Shown here piece after piece: positions 28,852 through 38,043 of a stretch of DNA of 50,230 nt. Source of the DNA: Candidatus Terrybacteria bacterium RIFCSPHIGHO2_01_FULL_43_35 (GTDB lineage Bacteria > Patescibacteriota > Minisyncoccia > Terrybacterales > GWB1-40-14); the NCBI GenBank assembly GCA_001822815.1, contig MHSR01000025.1, positions 1-50,230 on the forward strand, read 5' to 3'. The translations under genes were made by a program, and so were the position numbers. Numbering within the stretch: the first letter of the stretch is position 1; each line of letters starts with the position of its first letter. The notes below the pieces were generated by a model, which saw only the letters and a program-made list of their open reading frames with translations, was not told where the DNA came from and searched no databases.

Positions 28852-30267
28852 TCAGAGTTTTATGCTAAAAACAGCATTTTTGAATTTATCTCCGCGATCA
28901 AATTCATGAGCAAAAAGGTTAAACGATGCGGCTCCGGGGGAAAGCAAAACTATATCTCCGGCTTCGGCTCGTGCTCGAGCTTCTTTAACTGCTATATCTA
29001 AATTGTTTATACCCTTGATAAACTTATTCCAGCTTAAATTGTTTAATTCTTTAAGCAAGGCGTTTGAAGCCGAACCCTCTAATAATATTAAAAATTTGAT
29101 GCCCTTAACTATTTCTTCAGCCAAAAAAGCATAAGAAAGATTTTTATTTTCGCCTCCGGCAATCAAAATAATCCTATCTTTCGGGTATGAATTTATTGCC
29201 GCATAAGTTGCATCGGGAGTTGTAGATGAAGTATCGTTTATATATCTTATGCCGTTCAATACAGCTAACTCTTCAAGGCGTCCTTGAGGAGGTCTGAAAG
29301 AAATTATTGCCTCGCGTACAATATCGGCATGGATATCTTTTATTGGCGAATCTGGATGCTTTAGAATTGCCCCTATTGCCGCAACGGCCGCAACAACATT
29401 CTGTGTATTATGACGTCCCTTAAGCGGTATATCCTCTACGTTCATCAGTGCTGTCTGTCCAAAAAAATCGGAGAATATACGACCATCATTAATAAAAACT
29501 GCCAATGGAGTTTCCGATGAATCCCCTGCCGTACTGAAGAATTTTATACGGCTCTTGCTGTTTCGTGAAGCAGTTTTAACATATCTGTCATCAAAATTTG
29601 CCACCAAAAAATCTTTTTTTGTCTGAAATTTAAAAATCAATTTTTTGGATTCGCCATACTCTTCCATAGAACCATATCGGTTCAAATGATCCGGCAAAAG
29701 ATTCAAAAAGGCAGCAACTTGAGGACTCCAATTATGGCCTTCTAGATCCTCTAGTTGCCACGAAGAAAGCTCCAAAACGACCACATCTTTTTTTTTGATC
29801 TGCGGCAGAATTTCAAGAACAGATATCCGTATATTTCCGGCAAGTAATGTTGCAACACCGGCCGTCTTTAAAATATGCGCAATAAGTGAGGCTGTTGTGG
29901 ATTTGCCCTTTGTACTGGTAATACCCACGGTAAACGCCAAGTTGCGTTCAACAAATAACCCGATATCGCTGGTTATTTTTATTCCGTGGGCGCGGGCTAG
30001 AACAAGCCAAGGAGAATTTACCGGCACGCCAGGGTTTTTAACTATTAAATCCGCCTCAATAAAATCGTCCTTGTCATGTCTGCCCAAGATAAAACGCACC
30101 GGCAAACCCTTTAACGCTTCAAGAGCCGGCGCCAATTTATTTTCATCACGTAAATCGGTTGCGGTGATAACCGCGCCCTCTTTGGCCAAAAATTTTATTG
30201 TTCCGATCCCACCGCCATGCAAGCCTATACCCATTACGGTCACCTTTCTATTTTTGAGACTTTGCAT
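28852..30267 (-). CDS. murD: UDP-MurNAc-L-Ala--D-glutamate ligase
   Basis: KNPGVP, GITSTKGKSTT, ELSSWQL, PDHLNRY, LLSPGAASF. Confidence 0.95.
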   Translation of the reverse strand: MQSLKNRKVTVMGIGLHGGGIGTIKFLAKEGAVITATDLRDENKLAPALEALKGLPVRFILGRHDKDDFIEADLIVKNPGVPVNSPWLVLARAHGIKITSDIGLFVERNLAFTVGITSTKGKSTTASLIAHILKTAGVATLLAGNIRISVLEILPQIKKKDVVVLELSSWQLEDLEGHNWSPQVAAFLNLLPDHLNRYGSMEEYGESKKLIFKFQTKKDFLVANFDDRYVKTASRNSKSRIKFFSTAGDSSETPLAVFINDGRIFSDFFGQTALMNVEDIPLKGRHNTQNVVAAVAAIGAILKHPDSPIKDIHADIVREAIISFRPPQGRLEELAVLNGIRYINDTSSTTPDATYAAINSYPKDRIILIAGGENKNLSYAFLAEEIVKGIKFLILLEGSASNALLKELNNLSWNKFIKGINNLDIAVKEARARAEAGDIVLLSPGAASFNLFAHEFDRGDKFKNAVFSIKL

Positions 30268-30284
30268 AGTTTGTATCTTATTTT

Positions 30285-30312
30285 AAAAAGTCCGTTGTTT
30301 CTTACGGACTTT
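30285..30312 (-). terminator. terminator after the deacylase-like gene
   Basis: AAAGTCCGT/ACGGACTTT 9-bp stem with T-run on the minus strand. Confidence 0.65.
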
Positions 30313-31890
30313 CTAACCTTTTCGTTTTATCACCCGACCCGCATAAACACCGCTTAGGCCCTTGGGATTCAGGGCAATCTTGCCGTTAACCAAAACATAT
30401 TTTATGCCAACCGGATATTTAAACGGATTTTTGAAGCGCGAGCGGCTGGCTATTGTCTTGGGGTCAAATATAACTACATCCGCCATAAAACCCGGCATTA
30501 ATTTACCCCTATCCGATAAACCTATATGTTCTGCCGGCTCCGAGGTCATTTTTGAAATTAAATTTTCCCAAGGCATATTCCATTTCCTGGCACCTATAGC
30601 CAAAGCTCTGGGGAAGGCTCCAAAGGAACGCGGATGCGGAAATTCATTTGTACTACTCCAAGACATATCGTAACCGGCTCCGGCGGTTGCAATAAAAGAT
30701 GCCTGGTGGGCAAAAAAACCTTGCAAATTTATTTTAGAAATATCAGCCATAAAAATACTGACCCGCCCCTCATTGGCAACCATGACATTGCATAATGCTT
30801 CAGCATACGATACGCCTTGGTTGCTGGCGATTTCGGCTATCTTTTTGCCCGCAAAAGTTTTATCGCGATGAACAGTACCTATTCTTATCGTGCCTAAAAG
30901 TTCCTTGTATGGCCCGTTATCCATCTCTTCAATAATTTTTGCTCGTTCTTTGTTCTCTTTAAGGCGGTTTAACATTACTCGCCTGCCGCCTTCCTGCGCC
31001 CAATGCGGGAAAAGCAGATATAAAACAATATACGATCTTAGATAAGGGTAAACATCAAAATGTACCGGAAGATCTTTCTTAATAGCCTCGTCTATAAGCT
31101 CAATAACTTGTTTGGCCAGATGCCAAGAAGAAGGACCGCTTACTTTCAAGTGAGCAATCTCTGTTTTTACTCCGGTTTCTTTGACCAAATCCAAGACCTC
31201 ATTGATGCTGTCTAAAATTTTCTCTCCTTCGTCGCGCAAGTGAACGCTGAAAAGGCCTTTTCTTTCCGCTACCATCTTAACCAACGGTAAAAGTTCATTC
31301 TTGCCGGCCGGGCGGCCGTGCAAATACGCCGGCGCAAAAGACAAGCCAAACGCTCCTTCGTCAAGGGCATCCGATAACAGGCGGCTCATTTTTTTAATAT
31401 TTGCTTCACCGGCTTCTTCCATAGAATGGTCAAGAAAGCCGCGTCTTAAGGTCGCATGTCCCACAAGGCTGGCAAAATTTATGCCCAAGTTGAATCCCGA
31501 AAGCGCATCAAGATATTCACTGAATCTTTCCCAGTTAATATTAACTCCACTTATATCGCCCCATTTCTGCACCGATGTTATCAACTCTCCGCGTATCAAT
31601 GGAGCCAAAGAAGAGCCGCAATTGCCGAGCAGAGCCGTGGTAATCCCCTGCCTCAATAAACTTTCCGATGATGGTGTTTTTAAGATTGTAAGATAAGCAT
31701 CAGAATGATTGACTATATCTACAAAGCCCGGCGCAACAAAAAGGCCTTGAGCGTCAATGATATCGCCGGCTTTAATATCGGCAAAAGAGCCGACGCCTTC
31801 GATCTTGCCGTTTGATATAGCAATATCGGTTTGTTTGGCCGGCGTATTTGTACCGTCAAGCACTGTTCCGTTTTTAATTAGAATGTCCAT
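30313..31890 (-). CDS. N-acyl-D-amino-acid deacylase family amidohydrolase (degenerate active site)
   Basis: VAPGFVD, QGITT..GNCG.S, HLRDE, HLK, DVYPY, HPRSFG.FPR, ADVVIFDP. Confidence 0.88.
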   Translation of the reverse strand: MDILIKNGTVLDGTNTPAKQTDIAISNGKIEGVGSFADIKAGDIIDAQGLFVAPGFVDIVNHSDAYLTILKTPSSESLLRQGITTALLGNCGSSLAPLIRGELITSVQKWGDISGVNINWERFSEYLDALSGFNLGINFASLVGHATLRRGFLDHSMEEAGEANIKKMSRLLSDALDEGAFGLSFAPAYLHGRPAGKNELLPLVKMVAERKGLFSVHLRDEGEKILDSINEVLDLVKETGVKTEIAHLKVSGPSSWHLAKQVIELIDEAIKKDLPVHFDVYPYLRSYIVLYLLFPHWAQEGGRRVMLNRLKENKERAKIIEEMDNGPYKELLGTIRIGTVHRDKTFAGKKIAEIASNQGVSYAEALCNVMVANEGRVSIFMADISKINLQGFFAHQASFIATAGAGYDMSWSSTNEFPHPRSFGAFPRALAIGARKWNMPWENLISKMTSEPAEHIGLSDRGKLMPGFMADVVIFDPKTIASRSRFKNPFKYPVGIKYVLVNGKIALNPKGLSGVYAGRVIKRKG

Positions 31891-31943
31891 AATTCCCTAA
31901 AAATCCTAAACTCTAATATCTAAATCCTAAACAATATCAAAAT
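31891..31943. repeat. heptamer-like repeat tract (single arm)
   Basis: AATCCTA AACTCTA ATATCTA AATCCTA AACAATA. Confidence 0.65.
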
Positions 31944-32576
31944 TTACTCGATAAATTTAAAGGTGGAAAGAATTTGATCAAAAATATTTTCGATAGATAC
32001 ATTAATTGATTTAGCGCTCTCATTATCACCCAATTCTTCCTCAAACATCACAAGTTGTTTTTCGATCGGAATGCTAGCTATTAGAACATATTGACCGTAT
32101 GCGTTAGTGCTGCTTACTCTACTATAATAAACTCCGTTTTGGTTTTTTATACATTCTATTTTATCTGATTTACATATTACAGCTAATATTTCATCTAATG
32201 TTTGATTATTATATTCAGCTATACTGCTAATACTTATACCGTTAGTATGGCCTTTTAAAGATATGGGCGGATTTATGACAACATATAAATCCTTATAAAT
32301 CTGAGTAGATCCTGAATCTATATTCCAATCATTGGGGTACATAAATTCAAACCCATATTTTTCATTGCGATAGGTTTTCCAATCTGATATATCTCCTAAT
32401 TCTGTATTATTTTGGGCTTTTTGTTCTGCTTCTGTCTGTTTATCTTGTGCTACGCGCAACATTTCCGAAGCCTTTTTGTTTTCCTGCCATAAAACATAGC
32501 CTCCGCCGCCGAGAATTAAAGCTGCAGTCGCTAAACCGCCTACTGCTATACCGATCTGTACCTTAGTAATAATCAT
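31944..32576 (-). CDS. membrane-anchored PsbP-related domain protein
   Basis: N-terminal TM; WKTYRNEKYGFEFMYP and FDQILSTFKF signatures. Confidence 0.8.
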   Translation of the reverse strand: MIITKVQIGIAVGGLATAALILGGGGYVLWQENKKASEMLRVAQDKQTEAEQKAQNNTELGDISDWKTYRNEKYGFEFMYPNDWNIDSGSTQIYKDLYVVINPPISLKGHTNGISISSIAEYNNQTLDEILAVICKSDKIECIKNQNGVYYSRVSSTNAYGQYVLIASIPIEKQLVMFEEELGDNESAKSINVSIENIFDQILSTFKFIE

Positions 32577-32582
32577 ACGATA

Positions 32583-32611
32583 ACGTAAAGCTAAAAGCGA
32601 AAAGCATAAAA
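32583..32611. repeat. heptamer repeat tract (single arm)
   Basis: GTAAAGC TAAAAGC GAAAAGC ATAAAA, same family as 2215 and 44755. Confidence 0.6.
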
Positions 32612-32953
32612 CTATTTCTTAACTTTTTGATTTGCTGCTAACAAGACAAAGTTATCAAAATATGGCTGCAAATTTTTGAAAGAAGTATTATAAAGTTTTC
32701 CTCCGTACACCGCGTCGCAGAAAACTTCGCGCGCGCGTGCTATCTCCCATCTTCTACCTCGCCAGCGCTCATCGCTTAATGTTAAATCAAAAAGGTCAAG
32801 CGCGCGTTCAACCGCTCCCCAAAATAGCCTTTCGTCTTTATGCTGCCAGCGCGCCGCACGCGATACTTCACTTCCGATATTGCCAAGCTGTTGAGCAAGG
32901 GGAAATTCAAACCACCTGCCGGCAGCTAAACCTTTATGTATGAAAGACGCCAT
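32612..32953 (-). CDS. conserved all-helical hypothetical protein (DUF5674 partner)
   Basis: LAAGRW....L.QQLGNIGSEVSRA, ERALDL.DLT, EIARARE. Confidence 0.75.
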   Translation of the reverse strand: MASFIHKGLAAGRWFEFPLAQQLGNIGSEVSRAARWQHKDERLFWGAVERALDLFDLTLSDERWRGRRWEIARAREVFCDAVYGGKLYNTSFKNLQPYFDNFVLLAANQKVKK

Positions 32954-32958
32954 ATAAG

Positions 32959-33309
32959 TTATTCAAGAATGAGTTTTCTAACAATCTGTTTAATTTTTTC
33001 CTGTATTTCATCGCTATCAACGGAACGAGATCGGTTATTAAAGACCGGTTTCAAATTAATCATTGAATCAAATTCTATCCATTCCTTCTCGTCTTTTTTT
33101 GGATAAATATTAATTCCCCATGTATATTCTCTTTTTGATCCTTCTTTTTCCGTTAGCTCAACTTCTTCATCTGCGTGAAGTTCCCCGCCCAATGCCATAA
33201 TCCCTTGTTCTATATCTACAACCGCTTTGACTAAATCGCCGAATTCTTCTTCAGCAAGCCTTTCTACCTCCTCTCTCTTCATGGGCATTTTAACTATAAT
33301 TATCGGCAT
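32959..33309 (-). CDS. DUF5674 family protein
   Basis: VKAVVDIE, GGELHADEE, WGINIYP, IEFDSMIN.KP..NNRSR; ATG 33309. Confidence 0.82.
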   Translation of the reverse strand: MPIIIVKMPMKREEVERLAEEEFGDLVKAVVDIEQGIMALGGELHADEEVELTEKEGSKREYTWGINIYPKKDEKEWIEFDSMINLKPVFNNRSRSVDSDEIQEKIKQIVRKLILE

Positions 33310-33321
33310 ATAAAGCAAGAT

Positions 33322-34152
33322 TTAAATTAATCGCGCTTTAATTGGATGGCCCATAAAACGAGCGGCTTGTTTTGAAAAGCCTTTGGGCAGGTCGCTGACG
33401 TAAAAGCGGCGGTGCGGATACTTGTTTAACTTATTTAGGTAATTCCTCGTCGTCAAAACTCCTTGAGGTTTCGCTTTTTGTTGCCTAACAAAAAGCTCAA
33501 TCTTTTCGGCCGTCTGCACTGCAGGATTAATGATTTTAACCTTATCCCCCATCATATCACGAACCAGTTTGGCTATAAACGGATAGTGAGTGCAGCCTAA
33601 AATTACCGTGTCCACACCGGCTTTTTTAAGTGGGTTGACATATTCTCTCAAAATGGATTTGGTTTCGGGTCTGTACTCCCACCCAGCTTCTATTAAAGGT
33701 ACCAAAAGCGGTGCTGGAACCGAAACAACTTTATAACCCGGTAATAAGCGCTCATAAATTCTGGAATTAACAGTCGTTGGTGTGGCCAAAACGCCTATTT
33801 TTTTATTTTTTGTAGCTTCTTTTGCTGCTTCAACCGCAGGCTCAATAACATTAAAGGTTTTTGAATTCTTGAATATTAGGCTGATTTTTTTATTTGCGCC
33901 TTTGGTTTTTAAAATCGCGGCGGACGCGGTATTGCAGGCAATAATCGGCATGGTCGCGCCTTTAGCTTTCAAGAATTTAGAATTCTGTATGGCATAATTT
34001 ACGACCGTTGAGGCTGTTTTGGTACCGTAAGGCAGACGTGCCGTATCTCCAAAATAAACATAAGAAACGCCGGGTATGCGGCGTTCTATTTCTCGTGCGA
34101 CGGTCAATCCGCCGATGCCCGAATCAAATATTCCCAATACAACATTTTTCAT
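33322..34152 (-). CDS. murI: glutamate racemase
   Basis: FDSGIGGLTV, PYG, IACNTAS, LGCTHYP. Confidence 0.97.
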   Translation of the reverse strand: MKNVVLGIFDSGIGGLTVAREIERRIPGVSYVYFGDTARLPYGTKTASTVVNYAIQNSKFLKAKGATMPIIACNTASAAILKTKGANKKISLIFKNSKTFNVIEPAVEAAKEATKNKKIGVLATPTTVNSRIYERLLPGYKVVSVPAPLLVPLIEAGWEYRPETKSILREYVNPLKKAGVDTVILGCTHYPFIAKLVRDMMGDKVKIINPAVQTAEKIELFVRQQKAKPQGVLTTRNYLNKLNKYPHRRFYVSDLPKGFSKQAARFMGHPIKARLI

Positions 34153-34155
34153 ATC

Positions 34156-35226
34156 TTATCCACTTAACCTTATTATAACACCGATAAGTGCCGCGACAGC
34201 TGATATTATCCAAAAGCGCATGGTTACTTTATAAGAAGGCCAGCCTAATGCTTCAAAATGATGGTGGAGAGGCGCCACCAAAAAAACCTTTTTGCCGCGT
34301 AAACGCTTAGATGCCAATTGTATTATTACTGAAGATGATTCCAAGACTAAAATAAGGGTTATTATCGGCAAAACAAAAACTGAATCGGTAAGAAAAGCAA
34401 AAACCGTAACAACGGTAGTCAAACCCAATATACCCGTCTCGCCCATATAAAAACGCGCCGGAGGAATGTTAAACCAAAGAAAAGCAAGAAGTGCACCCAT
34501 TATCACCCCAGCCATTGCTGCCAGATCTATCTGGTTATTGAAAAAAGCTATTATGCCGAATGCCGCAAAAATCGTTGCAAAAACCCCGCCAGACAAGCCA
34601 TCAAGCCCATCAACAACGCCTCCGCTAAATACTCCGAGCATGACTATTACGAACAAAGGAATGTATAATACGCCGATATTAAAATCGCCAACAAATGGAA
34701 CATGTATCATGCTCTGTTCTAACCTGAAATAAAACCATAGCGCTCCGAGAAGCCCTATAAAAGCTACGACCATTAACCGTCGCGAAAACCTCAGACCCCC
34801 CGCGGCATAACCACCTTTTTTATATATCTGTAAAAGATCATCGAGAAGACCGACCAAACTTGCCGCGACCATTGTAGCCAAAGGCAGCCAGGTCTGATTG
34901 CGGCTCAAAAAATTAATTTTCTGTAAAACAGGACCGCCTACAAATAGAGACAAAAGATAAAAAATTATCGCTGTGCCCAAAACCGTAATCCAAATCAGTA
35001 AACCGCCCAGGCGAGGAGTACCTATTTCCTTTCCTTCGTGCAATTTGGCAAAAATAGGCGTGCCTGAACCATCAGGACTTTTTTGGCGCACCTCCTTGCG
35101 CCACATTTTGTATTTATACATGTAATGCGTGAGCAGAGGTGTCCAAAAAATTGCCGCGACAAAAGCAAGGGTGCTTAGGGCAAGAACCTTAATGATACTT
35201 GGGCCAAAGTCCGCGGATAGATACAT
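34156..35226 (-). CDS. mraY: phospho-N-acetylmuramoyl-pentapeptide transferase
   Basis: GTPRLGG, GLLDD, DGLDGL, NIPPARFYMGE, APLHHHFE. Confidence 0.94.
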   Translation of the reverse strand: MYLSADFGPSIIKVLALSTLAFVAAIFWTPLLTHYMYKYKMWRKEVRQKSPDGSGTPIFAKLHEGKEIGTPRLGGLLIWITVLGTAIIFYLLSLFVGGPVLQKINFLSRNQTWLPLATMVAASLVGLLDDLLQIYKKGGYAAGGLRFSRRLMVVAFIGLLGALWFYFRLEQSMIHVPFVGDFNIGVLYIPLFVIVMLGVFSGGVVDGLDGLSGGVFATIFAAFGIIAFFNNQIDLAAMAGVIMGALLAFLWFNIPPARFYMGETGILGLTTVVTVFAFLTDSVFVLPIITLILVLESSSVIIQLASKRLRGKKVFLVAPLHHHFEALGWPSYKVTMRFWIISAVAALIGVIIRLSG

Positions 35227-35240
35227 GTGTGTATATATAT

Positions 35241-36275
35241 TTACCAGTGATAAGCCTTGCTAAGCCATTCAAGTATGGCGCGCATGTCGCCGAAACGATC
35301 TTGAGATCCCAGAATCACGGCATAAACCACAGGCAAAGACTCCTTGCGTTCGATTGCGCTGGATTCCGGCGGCCGCCAAGCTACGACCAAAGATTGCCCG
35401 GCCTCATCCGTAAATCCGGTTTTGCCCGCAACAACGCCGGGAAAAGAACCTAACAGCCAATTTGAAGTTACAAAACGGTGATATATTTTGCCGTCCAGAG
35501 ATCTGGTTTCATAAATAGATTTACTCAAGAGATTTTTTAGAGTCTCTATATTTAAATCGCTGCGGAAAATATTGATTATACCTTTTGCGGTAGCGTATTG
35601 ACCGGTCTCATCCAAACCAGAAGGATTTTTGAAACTAGCATCATTAATGCCCATATTTTTAACCTCTTCATTCATCAAAGATATGAATTTATCCCGGCCC
35701 ATGTATCCAGCTAAGGCTTCGGCGGCATCGTTACTGGAAGGCAAAAGAAGTGCGGCTAAGGCATCATAAAAACTTAAAGATTCGCCGGCAAAAAGATCAC
35801 CGGCCTTGCCTTCGGTAGCTGCCGCCTCGGCGGATACTAAAATAGGCGCCGAAGGCGGTATATATTTTAAAGCAATAAAAGCGGTGACAAGCTTGGTCAA
35901 GCTTGCGACAGGTCTCTTTTCATTCTCGCCTTTGTTGAGAAGTATCGTATTGGTCTGCCCATCCAGAACAAAATAGCTTTGGGCAGTAATTTCAGGAATC
36001 TGGACCGACCAATCGCGAGCCGGGAGAATGGTTGGCGGCGGGGCAAGATAAGAAATAACTAAAGGCTCGGAATTATCCGGCTCGTCTATTTCCCCTCCTC
36101 CATTCTCCAAATTTATATCTACCGATATGGATTGCGTTAAGGAAGCCTTGGATAGAACTAAAGTTGAAGTTATTTTTGAAAGTATACGATTTACATCGGT
36201 ATAAACTCCGACGATTATAAGCAAAAAAATGCCCAATAAAACCAGCGAACTTGAAAAATGCTGTTTAGAATTCAT
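35241..36275 (-). CDS. D-alanyl-D-alanine carboxypeptidase (S11)
   Basis: SxxK (ASLTK), SxN (SSND), KTG (GKTGFT); N-terminal TM. Confidence 0.92.
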   Translation of the reverse strand: MNSKQHFSSSLVLLGIFLLIIVGVYTDVNRILSKITSTLVLSKASLTQSISVDINLENGGGEIDEPDNSEPLVISYLAPPPTILPARDWSVQIPEITAQSYFVLDGQTNTILLNKGENEKRPVASLTKLVTAFIALKYIPPSAPILVSAEAAATEGKAGDLFAGESLSFYDALAALLLPSSNDAAEALAGYMGRDKFISLMNEEVKNMGINDASFKNPSGLDETGQYATAKGIINIFRSDLNIETLKNLLSKSIYETRSLDGKIYHRFVTSNWLLGSFPGVVAGKTGFTDEAGQSLVVAWRPPESSAIERKESLPVVYAVILGSQDRFGDMRAILEWLSKAYHW

Positions 36276-36296
36276 AACTGAAATTATAAAATGTGC

Positions 36297-36407
36297 CTTT
36301 GTTGTTCCCGATCCTTGCCAGGAATTACAACAAAGTGCATCTCTTCGAGTCTGAAGACTCTTCAGAACCTGAATGGCCTGAACGATCCGATCGAAGTCGA
36401 GGGACTA
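36297..36407. repeat. composite REP-like repeat, copy 2 (downstream of aspS)
   Basis: CTTTGTTGT..ACAACAAAG hairpin, then 72 bp (36336-36407) matching 37934-38005 with 2 mismatches. Confidence 0.92.
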
Positions 36408-36414
36408 TCTTAAA

Positions 36415-37833
36415 TTATATTTCTGGTTTTTTAACCGACAATCCAAGCTCGCGTAACTGTTCAAAACTTACTTGAGCGGGGGCATTCATCATCAAATCGC
36501 GTCCATCACCGGTTTTTGGAAAAGCGATGACTTCTCTTATATTAGGCTGGCCAGCCAATATCATTACCAACCTGTCCATGCCCCAAGCGATGCCGCCATG
36601 TGGCGGAGCGCCGTAGTGGAAAGCCTCAAGCATATGGCCAAAATTATTCTGTATTCGTTCTTCATCAAAACCCATTATCTTGAACACCGCTTCAAGCGCT
36701 TCAGCCTTGTGGTTACGAATGCTTCCCCCACCTATTTCCCAACCGTTCAGCGTAACGTCATATTGCGTGGTAAGTATTTTTGAAATGTTCTTTTCGGTCA
36801 GCAAATCTTTCATAAATTCTGGTTTTGGCGCAGAAAAAGGATTGTGAGTAAAGGTCCAGGATCCATTATCGGTTTTTTCAAAAAATGGAAAATCAATCAC
36901 CCAACAGAAAGCAAGAAGGTTGGGATTACTTTTATCTTTGCGCATGTCTGGTCGGTCGGTACCATATTTTTTTATCGCCTCGTCATAACTTATACGCGGA
37001 AAGGGCATTTCTTGTATTTCTTTATCAGGACAAATCGCCTTAACCAACTCTACCAACATGCGTTCATTCAAATTCATTACTTCTTCTTGGCCGACAAAAC
37101 TCATTTCTAAATCCATCTGCGTGAATTCCGGCTGCCTATCTCCTCTGGTATCTTCATCGCGAAAACATCTCGCTATCTGAAAATATTTTTCAATACCTCC
37201 AACCATCAATAACTGTTTATATTGTTGCGGAGATTGCGGCAAAGCATAAAAACTTCCCTTATGCAGACGCGATGGCACTAAATAATCACGCGCGCCCTCG
37301 GGTGTGGATTTGGTCAAAATAGGCGTTTCTATTTCCAAAAACCCTTCTTTATCCAGAAAATCGCGTATAAATTTTATTATTCTGTGCCGGAGAGCCGTAT
37401 TTTTATACCGCGTTGGGCGCCTAAGGTCTAAGTAGCGGTATTTCATTATTAATTCTTCGGAAACCTCTTGCATGGCCCGCTCATCAGAAATATCAAATGG
37501 CGGTGTTAAAGATTCGGAAATTATCTCTAAATTGCTGGCTAAAAGTTCAACATCGCCGGTAACCAACTCCGCATTCCTTGCATTTGCCGGCCTTTCGTTA
37601 ATCTTGCCTTCTATAGCCACTACCCATTCGGAACGCAAGTGTTTGGCATTCTCATAAACGCCTAAGCCCGCTTCATCGCGGCTTGGCGCAAAAACAACCT
37701 GCAATATGCCGGTTCGATCACGCAAATCTATAAAAATTATTTTTCCGTGGTCGCGTCTGACATGTACCCAGCCAGCTACCTTAACCTGACGGCCTTTATT
37801 TTCTGTTGTTTTTGCTATGGGTATGCGTTCCAT
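36415..37833 (-). CDS. aspS: aspartate--tRNA ligase, short form without GAD insertion
   Basis: RDHG..IFIDLRD, YRYLDLRR, STPEGARDY, LPQSPQ, FRDED, GGGSIR, GAPPHGG.A.G.DR; 472 aa. Confidence 0.96.
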   Translation of the reverse strand: MERIPIAKTTENKGRQVKVAGWVHVRRDHGKIIFIDLRDRTGILQVVFAPSRDEAGLGVYENAKHLRSEWVVAIEGKINERPANARNAELVTGDVELLASNLEIISESLTPPFDISDERAMQEVSEELIMKYRYLDLRRPTRYKNTALRHRIIKFIRDFLDKEGFLEIETPILTKSTPEGARDYLVPSRLHKGSFYALPQSPQQYKQLLMVGGIEKYFQIARCFRDEDTRGDRQPEFTQMDLEMSFVGQEEVMNLNERMLVELVKAICPDKEIQEMPFPRISYDEAIKKYGTDRPDMRKDKSNPNLLAFCWVIDFPFFEKTDNGSWTFTHNPFSAPKPEFMKDLLTEKNISKILTTQYDVTLNGWEIGGGSIRNHKAEALEAVFKIMGFDEERIQNNFGHMLEAFHYGAPPHGGIAWGMDRLVMILAGQPNIREVIAFPKTGDGRDLMMNAPAQVSFEQLRELGLSVKKPEI

Positions 37834-37835
37834 CT

Positions 37836-38005
37836 GCTAGTTGTTGCCCACGAGCCGCGCGAGTGGATGCAACAACTGCATCCCGAGCGCAGCGAGGGAT
37901 TACTTTAGCCTCGCCCAGGGATTACAGCAACGTTGCATCTCTTCGAGTCTGAAGACTCTTCAGAACCTGAATGGCCTGAACGACCCGAGCGAAGTCGAGG
38001 GACTA
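37836..38005. repeat. composite REP-like repeat, copy 3, longest (just upstream of aspS start)
   Basis: Contains all modules: TTGTTGC..GCAACAA hairpin, TCCCGAGCGCAGCGAGGGA, and the 72-bp unit. Confidence 0.92.
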
Positions 38006-38043
38006 CTTTTATTATTTATATTTATTTATAGCATATATATATG

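Noticed and set aside
33309-35226. mraY, murI and DUF5674 are in frame across TAA stops (also GT2-ctpA at 18716-18720), as possible readthrough fusions by the UUA tRNA
   Set aside because: Each is a complete protein with its own start; in-frame spacing occurs by chance one time in three, and murD-ftsW shows the same with TGA
21043-38005. Repeat family as a CRISPR array
   Set aside because: Copies are dispersed and modular, with no regular repeat-spacer pattern and no cas genes
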